A DNA stretch of 64,000 nucleotides, taken from sequence record OP953026.1. The stretch is one strand, 5' to 3'. Shown piece after piece: positions 35,692-44,974 of this stretch; within the stretch, counting starts at the first letter, position 1, and every line of letters begins with the position of its first letter. The notes below the pieces were generated by a model that searched no databases, was not told where the DNA came from, and saw only the letters and a program-made list of their open reading frames with translations. Both the position numbers and the translations under genes were made by a program.

Positions 35692-35767
35692 TGGTCGGAG
35701 TGGGGAGACTCGAACTCCCGACATCCTGCTCCCAAAGCAGGCGCGCTACCAACTGCGCTACACTCCG
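35692..35767 (-). tRNA. tRNA-Pro(UGG)
   Basis: cloverleaf, TGG, CCA. Confidence 0.95.
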
Positions 35768-35776
35768 TATTTAAAT

Positions 35777-35861
35777 TGGTGCCCGAAGTCGGATTCGAAC
35801 CGACAAGACCGTAGCCGGAAGATTTTAAGTCTTCTGTGTTTACCAATTTCACCATTCGGGC
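35777..35861 (-). tRNA. tRNA-Leu(UAA)
   Basis: cloverleaf with long variable arm, TAA, CCA. Confidence 0.95.
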
Positions 35862-35919
35862 ATTGTGCTTCAATACATAACATGTAATGCTAGGTATTTT
35901 ATTACAACTTATTTTAAAT

Positions 35920-36372
35920 TCAACGTGGCCATTGTAAAGAAGTTATCTTATTACCATTAATGTAGACATCGGTCACTTCGCACCAATCATTAATTCTGTG
36001 TTCAATAATTGGAACATCATTTCGGCCAGCCACTCCAATCATATTCCATTTAACATAAATATTCATTAGATCAATTGTTAATTTCTCTTTTATGAGTTTA
36101 GGAGAAATTAATTTAATATTATTAATGTTAAAGAAGTAATTATTAACTTCTTCTAAATATTCATTAGTATTAGTAGTACTAACTTTGCCTTCATGTTCAA
36201 GTGAGGATGGTTTATTCTGATTTACAATATTGCTCACTAGACTTCTTAAAACGGCACTTGCCCTACCAGCTTCGCGTCTTTTATACTTATCATAGTCTTT
36301 TACATTAGCTGCAATTTTATCAAATTCTTTTTGGGCATAGATTAGCCCTGGTAAAAGTTCATTTTTGATCAT
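35920..36372 (-). CDS. hypothetical protein
   Basis: 150 aa ORF. Confidence 0.8.
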   Translation of the reverse strand: MIKNELLPGLIYAQKEFDKIAANVKDYDKYKRREAGRASAVLRSLVSNIVNQNKPSSLEHEGKVSTTNTNEYLEEVNNYFFNINNIKLISPKLIKEKLTIDLMNIYVKWNMIGVAGRNDVPIIEHRINDWCEVTDVYINGNKITSLQWPR

Positions 36373-36424
36373 TTTATAATTACTCTATGTTGTTTATACA
36401 TATTTTAATATACATACGTAAAAA

Positions 36425-36573
36425 CAAAATATAAAGCCTCCCCGAAGGGAGGCGATATATCGTCATTAATGCCCAGCAAAGAGTTTTACTCTCTGGGAGC
36501 CAGTTGGAAGGGGGACTGGCTCCGATCTATTATGACTAATGTAGAAACAAGGGGGAGGGATTATTTCTACATA
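36425..36573 (-). ncRNA. candidate sRNA A with C-rich anti-SD loops
   Basis: TATGTAG start motif; three hairpins (loops UCCCUCCCCC and CCCCCUUCCA); UUCG terminator 36436-36453. Confidence 0.65.
36436..36453 (-). terminator. intrinsic terminator
   Basis: GCCTCCC-TTCG-GGGAGGC then TTTATATTTT on - strand. Confidence 0.9.
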
Positions 36574-36585
36574 ATATTAGATACA

Positions 36586-38526
36586 TTACTGGTAGTTTTC
36601 ATTACCCATTGCTAACCTACCTTTTATAGACCGATCTACCCATTTTGCGGCGGCCTCCATGATATCAATGAATGAGTGGTATTGCCGCATTTTATTAACT
36701 TCCATCACATCATCATCAATCCCAGGGCCAAAGCATGCGAATAACAAATCATTCCAATCATAGTAATCGATACCAGCTATTGGACTAGGGTTATCCAACA
36801 TATCGTAGATTAGTCCTTCCAGTGGATCTGGTAAATCAGGGAACTTGAAGCTAAGAGTTATCTGACGTTCCAATGCCGATATAATTAAGTTCATGGCCTT
36901 AGCTGCTTCTTCTTCAGTAAGAGCTTTGAGTTTACTATCAGTAGATGGATATTTCGCGACCACGGTGCGAGGTGAATTATAGGTACCCTTACCTGTAATA
37001 GTACCGGCAGGCCATTTAACACTAGTCTTGAATCCAGCACGTGCCTTGTCTACGATAGCCTTTGCTTCTTTGTATACGTTAGCGTCTAGGTTATGTGCAT
37101 TCTTAATGAGTAGATCCAATGCAGGTTTAGTCTTCTGCCTGTAAGACTCCATTTCGCGATTAGACTTTTCTTCGAGTTTGAAGAATGGTTCTACTGCACG
37201 AATGGCATCCTCGATACTGACTTTACCATTAATACTCAGTACGTTAGCTATACCATTACTATTGATATCGCCAGTAACGAATACCTGCTTATTAAGCCAT
37301 TGTGGATTGCCAAATGTAGATTCTAGTTGTTCCAGAAATCCTCTTGCACTGGACGATGAACGCCAGATACGTTTCTGATCACCTCGATTAGAAATGCCAA
37401 GAACTTTTTTGATTGAATCGATAAGACCTTCATTTGAGACTTGTATAAAACCGGGAGTATTAATGATGGACTTCTCTACATACCCGCCACGAATAACCCG
37501 ATTTATAAAACCATTAAGACCACTACCAGTTTCGGCCATATCTTTCATGATTTCTATATTCGTTTCACCGGCACTTTGGGCATTGTATAAATAATAAGAA
37601 CCATCTTTGAATTTCAGTATAATCCAGTCATCCCCAGTTAGATATGAATCAATATTACTATCATTCATACTTTGATATTTAATGAATTCTGGATTAGTAC
37701 TTAATACTTCTTCAATGAATTCTTCTAATGCCGCAGAATTATTAATAGCATCAACCGGTAGAATTTCACCATCAATGGGTTCAGTAGTTGGACCAGTAAC
37801 AATGGCAGGTAACGGATCCTCCTCTACAATAACAGTTTCTTCCACTGGTAGAGCACCACATGAAGCATCAATTAGTTTATTAAAACTACTAATGATCTCA
37901 CCAAGTGCTACAAGAACTGCTGGCTGTTCAACTTGTTCAACTTTAGCAATACCAGTTTCTGTAAATTCTTCAGTGATTCGGTTATAAACTTCTACTAGTT
38001 GGTTAGTAAGTTCTGCTACTTTTGGCAGAGTCTGCTTAGACAGAGGTTCAACTACAGTTGTATCTGCTTCAACAAAAATAGAATCATCTTCTTCTAAACG
38101 GCTAGTATTAGCTGAGCCAGCTGTGAAGTTATAAGGCATATCTTGAATTACTTCATTAATTTCAGATGCCTCCATATCTTCATTTAGACGACCACTATAA
38201 GTACGCATCATACCTTCTGCTTCTTTAATAGTGGAATGCGCTAAGCGTCCCCAATCACCACGCATAATACCGCGCTCGGTAAGACCGCGTGCAGCTGAAC
38301 CAAGATCAATAGGTTCTTCAATAAATGATTGTTCTTCAACCCACTCTTCATTACTGTAACATTCTTTTAGAATGGTTTTAAATTTAGTACTAAAGGGTTG
38401 TAGAATCTTTTTATCTACTTGTTCAACATTTGTTTTAAAGTGTTCTAGACTTGGTGTAGCTTTTGAAGATACTTTTTCAGTACCGCTATATAGCGTACGG
38501 TTTAGGAAGTTTAGCATTTTATTCAT
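36586..38526 (-). CDS. internal head protein, gp303-like
   Basis: 646 aa acidic; (S/A/G)xE prohead-protease sites (VSNE|GL, MGNE); recalled phiKZ gp303 N-terminus. Confidence 0.75.
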   Translation of the reverse strand: MNKMLNFLNRTLYSGTEKVSSKATPSLEHFKTNVEQVDKKILQPFSTKFKTILKECYSNEEWVEEQSFIEEPIDLGSAARGLTERGIMRGDWGRLAHSTIKEAEGMMRTYSGRLNEDMEASEINEVIQDMPYNFTAGSANTSRLEEDDSIFVEADTTVVEPLSKQTLPKVAELTNQLVEVYNRITEEFTETGIAKVEQVEQPAVLVALGEIISSFNKLIDASCGALPVEETVIVEEDPLPAIVTGPTTEPIDGEILPVDAINNSAALEEFIEEVLSTNPEFIKYQSMNDSNIDSYLTGDDWIILKFKDGSYYLYNAQSAGETNIEIMKDMAETGSGLNGFINRVIRGGYVEKSIINTPGFIQVSNEGLIDSIKKVLGISNRGDQKRIWRSSSSARGFLEQLESTFGNPQWLNKQVFVTGDINSNGIANVLSINGKVSIEDAIRAVEPFFKLEEKSNREMESYRQKTKPALDLLIKNAHNLDANVYKEAKAIVDKARAGFKTSVKWPAGTITGKGTYNSPRTVVAKYPSTDSKLKALTEEEAAKAMNLIISALERQITLSFKFPDLPDPLEGLIYDMLDNPSPIAGIDYYDWNDLLFACFGPGIDDDVMEVNKMRQYHSFIDIMEAAAKWVDRSIKGRLAMGNENYQ

Positions 38527-38581
38527 GTCTACTCTCTCGTTGATGACTGTTAATAAGAGTGCTATAGAATTGTTAGCATAA

Positions 38582-38603
38582 ACCCTCCCAATTAAGGGAG
38601 GGT
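38582..38603 (-). terminator. terminator hairpin
   Basis: ACCCTCCC-AATTAA-GGGAGGGT. Confidence 0.8.
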
Positions 38604-38611
38604 CATTATGT

Positions 38612-39025
38612 CTACATTATATCTCGTGTACCATCATTCATTTCAACAACAGTGACTTTATCACCAACCTTTGGTTTTTCATTGGTAACTGTTTGAACCA
38701 TGTACTGCTTGCCATCTGTATTAACAATCAGTTTACATTGAAATGTTTCAGTAGCACTAACATTATTACCGACTGCGCCGCCTGCGGCACCACCGATTAA
38801 ACCACCTACCCAACCTCCAGATTTACCAAAGATTGCTCGACCTAACACAGCGCCTGCGGTGGCTCCAACCGCACCTCCAACAGTAGTGCCGACAACACTA
38901 CTATCTTTAGCAACTAGCTGACATTCTGAATGTGCAATAATACCATCTGTAGTTGATTTTACTTCAGTTGCTGCAAATAGGACAGTGGACCACATTAAAA
39001 CTACGAATGCGATAATCTTAATCAT
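38612..39025 (-). CDS. secreted glycine-zipper 2TM protein (YcfJ/SlyB/17-kDa antigen-like)
   Basis: signal peptide; GTTVGGAVGATAGAVLG...GGLIGGAAGGAVG; C-terminal PKVGDKV. Confidence 0.85.
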   Translation of the reverse strand: MIKIIAFVVLMWSTVLFAATEVKSTTDGIIAHSECQLVAKDSSVVGTTVGGAVGATAGAVLGRAIFGKSGGWVGGLIGGAAGGAVGNNVSATETFQCKLIVNTDGKQYMVQTVTNEKPKVGDKVTVVEMNDGTRDIM

Positions 39026-40185
39026 AAGAAGTCAACCTCAAATTCTTCTTCTTCACCAACATCATTTACAACGTTGACCATGTAATCAGGCTTCTCTTCT
39101 TCCTGAGGAGATGCTTGGGTTGATGAAATATCTAGGTAGTCTTCCATATAAAGAAGTGGGTTCTTCTCTGGCCAAACAAAATCAAATCCAGCTGATTCTT
39201 TAAACTCCACTTGATACTGTTCTACAACATCATTTTCAATACTTAGGAATGTTGCTGCGGCATTAGCATTGAAAAGTACCCAGTTAATAAGTTTAGTCGC
39301 ATTAACACCAGTTAGTTCACGACCTTCAGAGAATAGATAATTAATCCAGGTAACTTCAGTCTTTACAATTTCCCATAGTAGTTCAATGATTTTATCTTTA
39401 CATTGACTGTAAGCGAGTTTACCGCGTTCAGTTGCCAGTAGTGCACGAATAACTTCTTGTCCATATTGTGCATGGATTTCGAATTCGTCTTGGGCAATTT
39501 TCTTAACAGCGGCTGCAATTTGCTGGAATGCACCAGTACGACCAATAGCAAAGGTTACTGCAAAGGATGCCATGAACTGGATACGTTCTAGGAAATATAG
39601 AGCGATGAAGAACATGAATACTTTATTGTAAAGTTCTTGATCATTGGGTACCTGATTAAGAGCATACGCATGAACTGCGTCATGTGCTTCACCCATAGTG
39701 CGGGCTACTGCAACCATTCGTTCTTGTGCTTCTTCTACCCTAAGAATTTCGTCTAGAATAACTTTAGGATCTTTAAAGCTATTACGTACAATTTCAGAAT
39801 AAGTTAAAGCATGTACGTCTTCATTATCATTAATACGTACATATCCCGCCCATACTCGTGAATCTGTCATGACAGGTGATAGAATATTAACAATGGAACG
39901 ACTGGCTACAGAGTCAGCTTCCCATTGCCAGGCCAGTGTCTTAATCATCATGTCATAAGTTGATTTATCACACGTTTCAAATTCTACTAGACAAGTGGAA
40001 AAGTCAAATTCTAGCTCATCCCAATCAAGCATCTTTAGACGCTTATATAGCTCCCACATTTTAGGATAATGAGTGTGGATTGAATCTAGTAGACCTGGAT
40101 CATCTCCAAGAATAATTTCCGGTAGATGATAATCACTCTTAGCAACATTGAAGATTTTCTTTGGTAGTTGAGATTTAGTAGACAT
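39022..40185 (-). CDS. nrdB: ribonucleotide reductase class Ia beta subunit
   Basis: W..DE, EDVHALTY, LERIQFMASF, DEFEIH di-iron ligands, C-terminal Y. Confidence 0.95.
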   Translation of the reverse strand: MSTKSQLPKKIFNVAKSDYHLPEIILGDDPGLLDSIHTHYPKMWELYKRLKMLDWDELEFDFSTCLVEFETCDKSTYDMMIKTLAWQWEADSVASRSIVNILSPVMTDSRVWAGYVRINDNEDVHALTYSEIVRNSFKDPKVILDEILRVEEAQERMVAVARTMGEAHDAVHAYALNQVPNDQELYNKVFMFFIALYFLERIQFMASFAVTFAIGRTGAFQQIAAAVKKIAQDEFEIHAQYGQEVIRALLATERGKLAYSQCKDKIIELLWEIVKTEVTWINYLFSEGRELTGVNATKLINWVLFNANAAATFLSIENDVVEQYQVEFKESAGFDFVWPEKNPLLYMEDYLDISSTQASPQEEEKPDYMVNVVNDVGEEEEFEVDFL

Positions 40186-40253
40186 ATCAGTTCCTTTACA
40201 ATTTAAAAATATTTCTTACAATAAATAATAGAGGTTAGTATAAATTGGGAATA

Positions 40254-40279
40254 ACACCCTCCCAATTAAGGGAGGGTGT
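40254..40279 (-). terminator. hairpin between nrdA and nrdB
   Basis: ACACCCTCCC-AATTAA-GGGAGGGTGT. Confidence 0.7.
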
Positions 40280-40285
40280 ATACAC

Positions 40286-42574
40286 TTAAAGAGTGCACGA
40301 ACCGCCTGCACACCCAACTTCAGTATTAGTTACCTCAACAGCACGTTCAAGTGATTTAATATCAAGTCCTGCTGCTGTTTCTAGATTTACATAATACCGG
40401 GTTTTCATTCCACGTTTCACCATGTAGAAGTGATTACCTAGCATTTCATTAGAAGAGATCTTTTCAGAACCTACAATGCGTCGGTAGAGGTCCGCACTGA
40501 TTGTTTGATCAGTCCACTTTTGAATAATGGCATAGCAATCGATAAGATCTTTAGTGGGGATATCATAAGCTGATTCATACACATAGGAGTCATCATCTCC
40601 ATATGGAGCAGCCCATAGCACACGTGCACCATTATCAGTCTTATTAAGAATTAGGCGACGTACCGGGTATGGACCATTAGTTGACCCTAGTGCCTTAGAT
40701 GATGCTTCACCAGGCATGTATGCAGCTAGTACGGAGTGTGCAATACCACCATTCTCCTTAATTTCTTTCTCTAGCTCATCCCATGGATAAAGTTCTTCAA
40801 AGCCACCTTCAATGATAGTATCCACTGACTTATTATAAGTCTTACGTGGAGTCCATCCCTCTGGCCATTTAGTCTTATGAATCCAAGGCGCATTCCCGCG
40901 TTCTTTAGAAATCTTAAGTGACGCCTTGATAAGGAAGTACATATGCCGTTCAGCAATGAAGTGGATTTCAGCTTTACCAGCATCGCTGCTATATTTAAGG
41001 CCAGCACGTGCCATATGTGTGGCTAGACCCATGATACCAACACCAGCACTCATTCGATTCTTAGCGGTTAGTGCAAGGTGTGGGAAAGCATACTCTGCAT
41101 TAAGGATACAATAGTCAATCATCTTAAGTGCGTAGTAAGCCGCCATTTCATAAGTTTGCTTATCAGGAACGTTATCCACTGCAATAGCAGCCAGTGAACA
41201 AGTAGCAATCTCACCGCGCCCGTGATCCTCACTAGAATAAAGATCTTCCATTCGATAGTAAGGCTTAGTGGGTTCTGCGATTTCAAGGCATAGATTAGAA
41301 CTGTAAATAGGTTCTTTAAATGGTGTATGATGATTGAGTTCATCAATTTGAGCTGAATAGATGGTTCCAGTCTCATATGCTTCAACTAGCATTGATTTGA
41401 GAAGATCCCGAGCATTTACATAAGTTTTCTCAAATTTAGGATCCGCTTCATATTTTTCATAAAGCTTAATAAACTTATCAATATCACCACTATAGAAAGC
41501 ATCATGTAGATCTGGAGCAGTAAATGGATTGAATACAAAGATCATGCCATCTTTCTGAGCCGCTTTCTTAGCAAAGAACTTATTACTTAGGAATGCATAG
41601 TGAAGATCACGGTTCTTCCTATCCTCAGTAGAACGTGGATTACGTAGCTGAGTAATCATATCTGCTTCAGGATCGAAAGCACTGTAGTAACACGTAACAG
41701 CACCACCTCGACCATTTTGTAGGTTAGCCCTTACTGCTTTACCAATTACATCGATGTATGGTTTCTTACCTTGGTGAATGATTAGGCCATTACGGATAGG
41801 ATCACCAATTGACCTAGTCATTAAGTTAACACCAATACCTGCTGATGATTGGGTCATGATGTTAGCAATATAATCGCCCATTGCCAGTGATACACCATTA
41901 TCACCAGAAGCAAATAGGCAACATGATGCAAAACCACGAAGCTTAGTACCTAGGTTAACGTAGTTAGGTGTTGGCGCACTAAGAATTTTATTAGAAAGTA
42001 GTTTATAGTAATTCTCCACATGAGTCATGCGAGTTTCAGCTGGCTCTTTTTCAGCTAGAGCCATTGCCATTCGCATATATACAAACTGGGCAGTCTCATA
42101 TTCTTGACCAGTTTTACGATTACGTAGAGCATACTTTCCACGAATGTGATGAAGTGAAAAATGCGGACAAAGTAGGTCAAGATCGTGATCAATGATCTTT
42201 TCAATCTGAGCGTATTCTTTACTACTATAATCTAATTTAACAATGATACCATCTTTACGCATCCTGGTTTGAAGCGCTTTAACAGTTGGGATGCCATTTA
42301 GACCATAGAACTTCTTACGAAGATAAATCGCATATAGTCTACCAGCCATTAGATAATAAGACCATGTCTTACGATTTAAACATTCTTCAATAAGTTGTAA
42401 TTGTAGTTCTTGTGATGAAGTTTTATCACCAAGAGCTTGAACAGCATCCATCACAACACTACTCCAATCCACCTTATCGCCAAGATGTTGGGCTGCCCAT
42501 TCACCCCAACCATTAATCTTAGCAGGTGAGTATGCTTCTTCAGTACCGTCTAGTTTAATGATAGTTTTTAACAT
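40286..42574 (-). CDS. nrdA: ribonucleotide reductase class Ia alpha subunit
   Basis: TP..N, ASCC, SNLCLEI, ATCSLAA, TRYY, C-terminal CxxxxC; start probably MLKTIIK at 42574. Confidence 0.95.
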   Translation of the reverse strand: MLKTIIKLDGTEEAYSPAKINGWGEWAAQHLGDKVDWSSVVMDAVQALGDKTSSQELQLQLIEECLNRKTWSYYLMAGRLYAIYLRKKFYGLNGIPTVKALQTRMRKDGIIVKLDYSSKEYAQIEKIIDHDLDLLCPHFSLHHIRGKYALRNRKTGQEYETAQFVYMRMAMALAEKEPAETRMTHVENYYKLLSNKILSAPTPNYVNLGTKLRGFASCCLFASGDNGVSLAMGDYIANIMTQSSAGIGVNLMTRSIGDPIRNGLIIHQGKKPYIDVIGKAVRANLQNGRGGAVTCYYSAFDPEADMITQLRNPRSTEDRKNRDLHYAFLSNKFFAKKAAQKDGMIFVFNPFTAPDLHDAFYSGDIDKFIKLYEKYEADPKFEKTYVNARDLLKSMLVEAYETGTIYSAQIDELNHHTPFKEPIYSSNLCLEIAEPTKPYYRMEDLYSSEDHGRGEIATCSLAAIAVDNVPDKQTYEMAAYYALKMIDYCILNAEYAFPHLALTAKNRMSAGVGIMGLATHMARAGLKYSSDAGKAEIHFIAERHMYFLIKASLKISKERGNAPWIHKTKWPEGWTPRKTYNKSVDTIIEGGFEELYPWDELEKEIKENGGIAHSVLAAYMPGEASSKALGSTNGPYPVRRLILNKTDNGARVLWAAPYGDDDSYVYESAYDIPTKDLIDCYAIIQKWTDQTISADLYRRIVGSEKISSNEMLGNHFYMVKRGMKTRYYVNLETAAGLDIKSLERAVEVTNTEVGCAGGSCTL

Positions 42575-42918
42575 TGTTAATTTCCAATTGTGAGTCGTAA
42601 GTTCATGTGAAAAAGTATTCAACATATCTTTAGATCAACTAAGTATTTTTACGACCCATTTTAAATGAATTTAGTTGATCTATTGTAAAAGCATATTATG
42701 GTACATTGGATATCTTTATCTTAAAAACCTCTGTAGCCTTAGTGCCTTAAGGGTTACAGCTATATAGTCCAATATCGTTCTACCATGCTATTTAAGAGCT
42801 TTAAATAATAACCCACTATGTACCCTTAGGTTTTATTTTATCAACAATATAGCTTAAAATAGAAATATACCTAAGTGCTTTTTACTATACTACTATTATT
42901 TATCGGAGTTAATTAAGA

Positions 42919-43308
42919 ATGTCTTTTTATCTACCGAAATACACCGATCCAATTGAAGCAATCGAATGGAAAAAGAACGGTGATATACCTGGTGATGGCG
43001 TTATCAATAATATCAACCAAGGTGCTATTGTTGGTTATGCTATACCTACTAAAGAGTCTACTCTTAGTAATGCGATTTGCCCATTATGTAATCTAACTGA
43101 ATCTAGCCATGGTATTTTACGTGTGGGTTCAGATAAAGATAAAATTGTCTGTCCGGGTGATTTTATTATTTTAATTCGTAAAAATAATGGACGTATATTA
43201 GATTACAAATTAATGCGTCAACGTGAATTTAATAAACTTTATCAACTGGTAACAAAAGAGGAAGCTAAACAATGGGCAATGATGTTGGATCCAGAAAAGA
43301 AGGACTAA
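42919..43308 (+). CDS. zinc-binding phage protein, gp1-like
   Basis: IEAIEW..NGD ... CPLC...H ... VCPGDFII ... F..LY. Confidence 0.75.
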   Translation: MSFYLPKYTDPIEAIEWKKNGDIPGDGVINNINQGAIVGYAIPTKESTLSNAICPLCNLTESSHGILRVGSDKDKIVCPGDFIILIRKNNGRILDYKLMRQREFNKLYQLVTKEEAKQWAMMLDPEKKD

Positions 43309-43856
43309 AGTTATATGAAGCTTTAGTTGAGGATATAATCATCACCAATGATCTTGGTACTGGTCTTCGACCATCTCTTAATATAATCACTAGTGATGGT
43401 GTAACTAGGAATGTTACATTTGATCAACTTGAGAATTTTATTAAAGTTATAAAAGCCACGCATGATACGCAAACTGTTGGCACTCCATTACAATGGTGTA
43501 TTTACAGGTATGCTCCTAATTTAGTTAAAGCTCGGTATATTGCAACTAGTTGGAAAATAACTGTAGACCATGTTAAAAAGACTTTGAATTTTCAAGGTAC
43601 TTTAAATCACGAAGGTACTGTAATTGATCATCCTAACTATGATCCAGATATTACCGCAAGAGAACTAATGTTCGATGAAACTATTACTGATTTTAGTCGA
43701 TTTGAACAAATTGCTCTGTCTGGAAATATCGCTAACTTTAAAGAAGAATTCAAAATGATGAAATATAGTTTTGACTTTAGTTACATTATTGAAGTTAGTA
43801 ATGGCATGACTAGACTCAAGGAGTTAGCTAATGATCAAACTGGATTATCAGATTAA
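43272..43856 (+). CDS. gp2-like protein (possible ChmB, nuclear-shell associated)
   Basis: position two genes upstream of DHFR and size about 190 aa; ChmB assignment from recalled gene number only. Confidence 0.45.
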   Translation: MGNDVGSRKEGLKLYEALVEDIIITNDLGTGLRPSLNIITSDGVTRNVTFDQLENFIKVIKATHDTQTVGTPLQWCIYRYAPNLVKARYIATSWKITVDHVKKTLNFQGTLNHEGTVIDHPNYDPDITARELMFDETITDFSRFEQIALSGNIANFKEEFKMMKYSFDFSYIIEVSNGMTRLKELANDQTGLSD

Positions 43857-44337
43857 ATCAGAAGTCAATCATCTATTAAATAGATTATTAGTTAAAAACT
43901 TAGATGGCACTGTTTATTTTAGAACAACTATTAAAGAAGACGATTTAAAAGACTTACCTGTTAATCTGATTAGCCTACAAGTACTTATAAATCTATTGAT
44001 AGGTTATGAAGGACTAGATATTACAACTAATATTGAGGAATTCACACAGCAGATTAGTCTGATTCTTTGGGACATGCCCATACTAGAAAAAGGCGAAGTG
44101 GAATACCTCTATATTGAACAAGATATTAAGTTGAATGAATTAGTTATTAAACATAAAAGACCTGGTGTATTAATTGATGAGAAAGTATATGGTGAATTAA
44201 CGCTATTACAAATGGCTCAAATTAATTACCTATTAGCGTCTACATTTAAGTTTAAAACTAATTTCACTTGCTGTAGTTGGGCTATTGAATTTAAAGATAA
44301 TGAAGTATCTTGTAAATTCTGGCCTAAGGAAAATTGA
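43831..44337 (+). CDS. hypothetical protein, gp3-like
   Basis: 168 aa, AGGAG RBS. Confidence 0.8.
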   Translation: MIKLDYQIKSEVNHLLNRLLVKNLDGTVYFRTTIKEDDLKDLPVNLISLQVLINLLIGYEGLDITTNIEEFTQQISLILWDMPILEKGEVEYLYIEQDIKLNELVIKHKRPGVLIDEKVYGELTLLQMAQINYLLASTFKFKTNFTCCSWAIEFKDNEVSCKFWPKEN

Positions 44338-44858
44338 TGGCTATTAAATTAATCGTTGCCCATGACCTAAATGGTGTCATTGGATATAATAATCTATTAC
44401 CTTGGCATATACCTGAGGATTTAGCTTTCTTTAAAGAAATGACAACTGGTTGCTGTGTTATCATGGGTAAAAATACTTTCTTATCCTTAGGTAGTAAACC
44501 GTTACCTAATCGTAATAACATTGTTGTATCATCAAGTTTATATCGTAACGGTAATTACCCAGTATCCTGTGATAATAAATTAGGTGTACTCCCTAATCTA
44601 AGTGCAGCTGTTATTTATGCCACTCATTTCAATAAAGAAACTGGAAAGGATGTATGGATCATTGGCGGTTCTCAACTTTATAAAGAAGTCATTGAAAAGG
44701 ATATTTTAGACGAAATGTACATTACTACTGTCAAGATGGAAATCGATAATAGTAGTTGTGTTTATTTCCCTAAAGAAATCATTAAATGGGATAAATGGAA
44801 ATCAACCATTATTAAAGAAACTGACCTATGTACATATACCCATTGGATTAAAACATAA
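44337..44858 (+). CDS. folA: dihydrofolate reductase
   Basis: LIVAHDLNGVIG...LPWHIPEDLAFFK, VIMGKNTF, PLPNRNNIVVS, IIGGSQLY. Confidence 0.95.
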   Translation: MAIKLIVAHDLNGVIGYNNLLPWHIPEDLAFFKEMTTGCCVIMGKNTFLSLGSKPLPNRNNIVVSSSLYRNGNYPVSCDNKLGVLPNLSAAVIYATHFNKETGKDVWIIGGSQLYKEVIEKDILDEMYITTVKMEIDNSSCVYFPKEIIKWDKWKSTIIKETDLCTYTHWIKT

Positions 44859-44862
44859 TAAT

Positions 44863-44884
44863 AGCCTTCCCCCAGGGGAAGGCT
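44863..44884 (+). terminator. terminator hairpin
   Basis: AGCCTTCCC(C)/(G)GGGAAGGCT then TTATG. Confidence 0.8.
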
Positions 44885-44915
44885 TTATGTCATGTATTCA
44901 AATGTATTTAAAGGG

Positions 44916-44923
44916 TATATTAC
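44916..44923 (+). promoter_or_regulatory. early promoter
   Basis: TATATTAC. Confidence 0.85.
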
Positions 44924-44974
44924 AAAGGTGAATTAAATACAGATTATTCTATTTATTATTGAGGGGTGCAGTCC

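Noticed and set aside
35676-35873. 65 aa ORF on the - strand
   Set aside because: It is a translation through tRNA-Leu and tRNA-Pro.
42600-42780. Host NrdR boxes upstream of nrdA
   Set aside because: Only partial matches to the palindromic consensus, expected by chance in AT-rich DNA.
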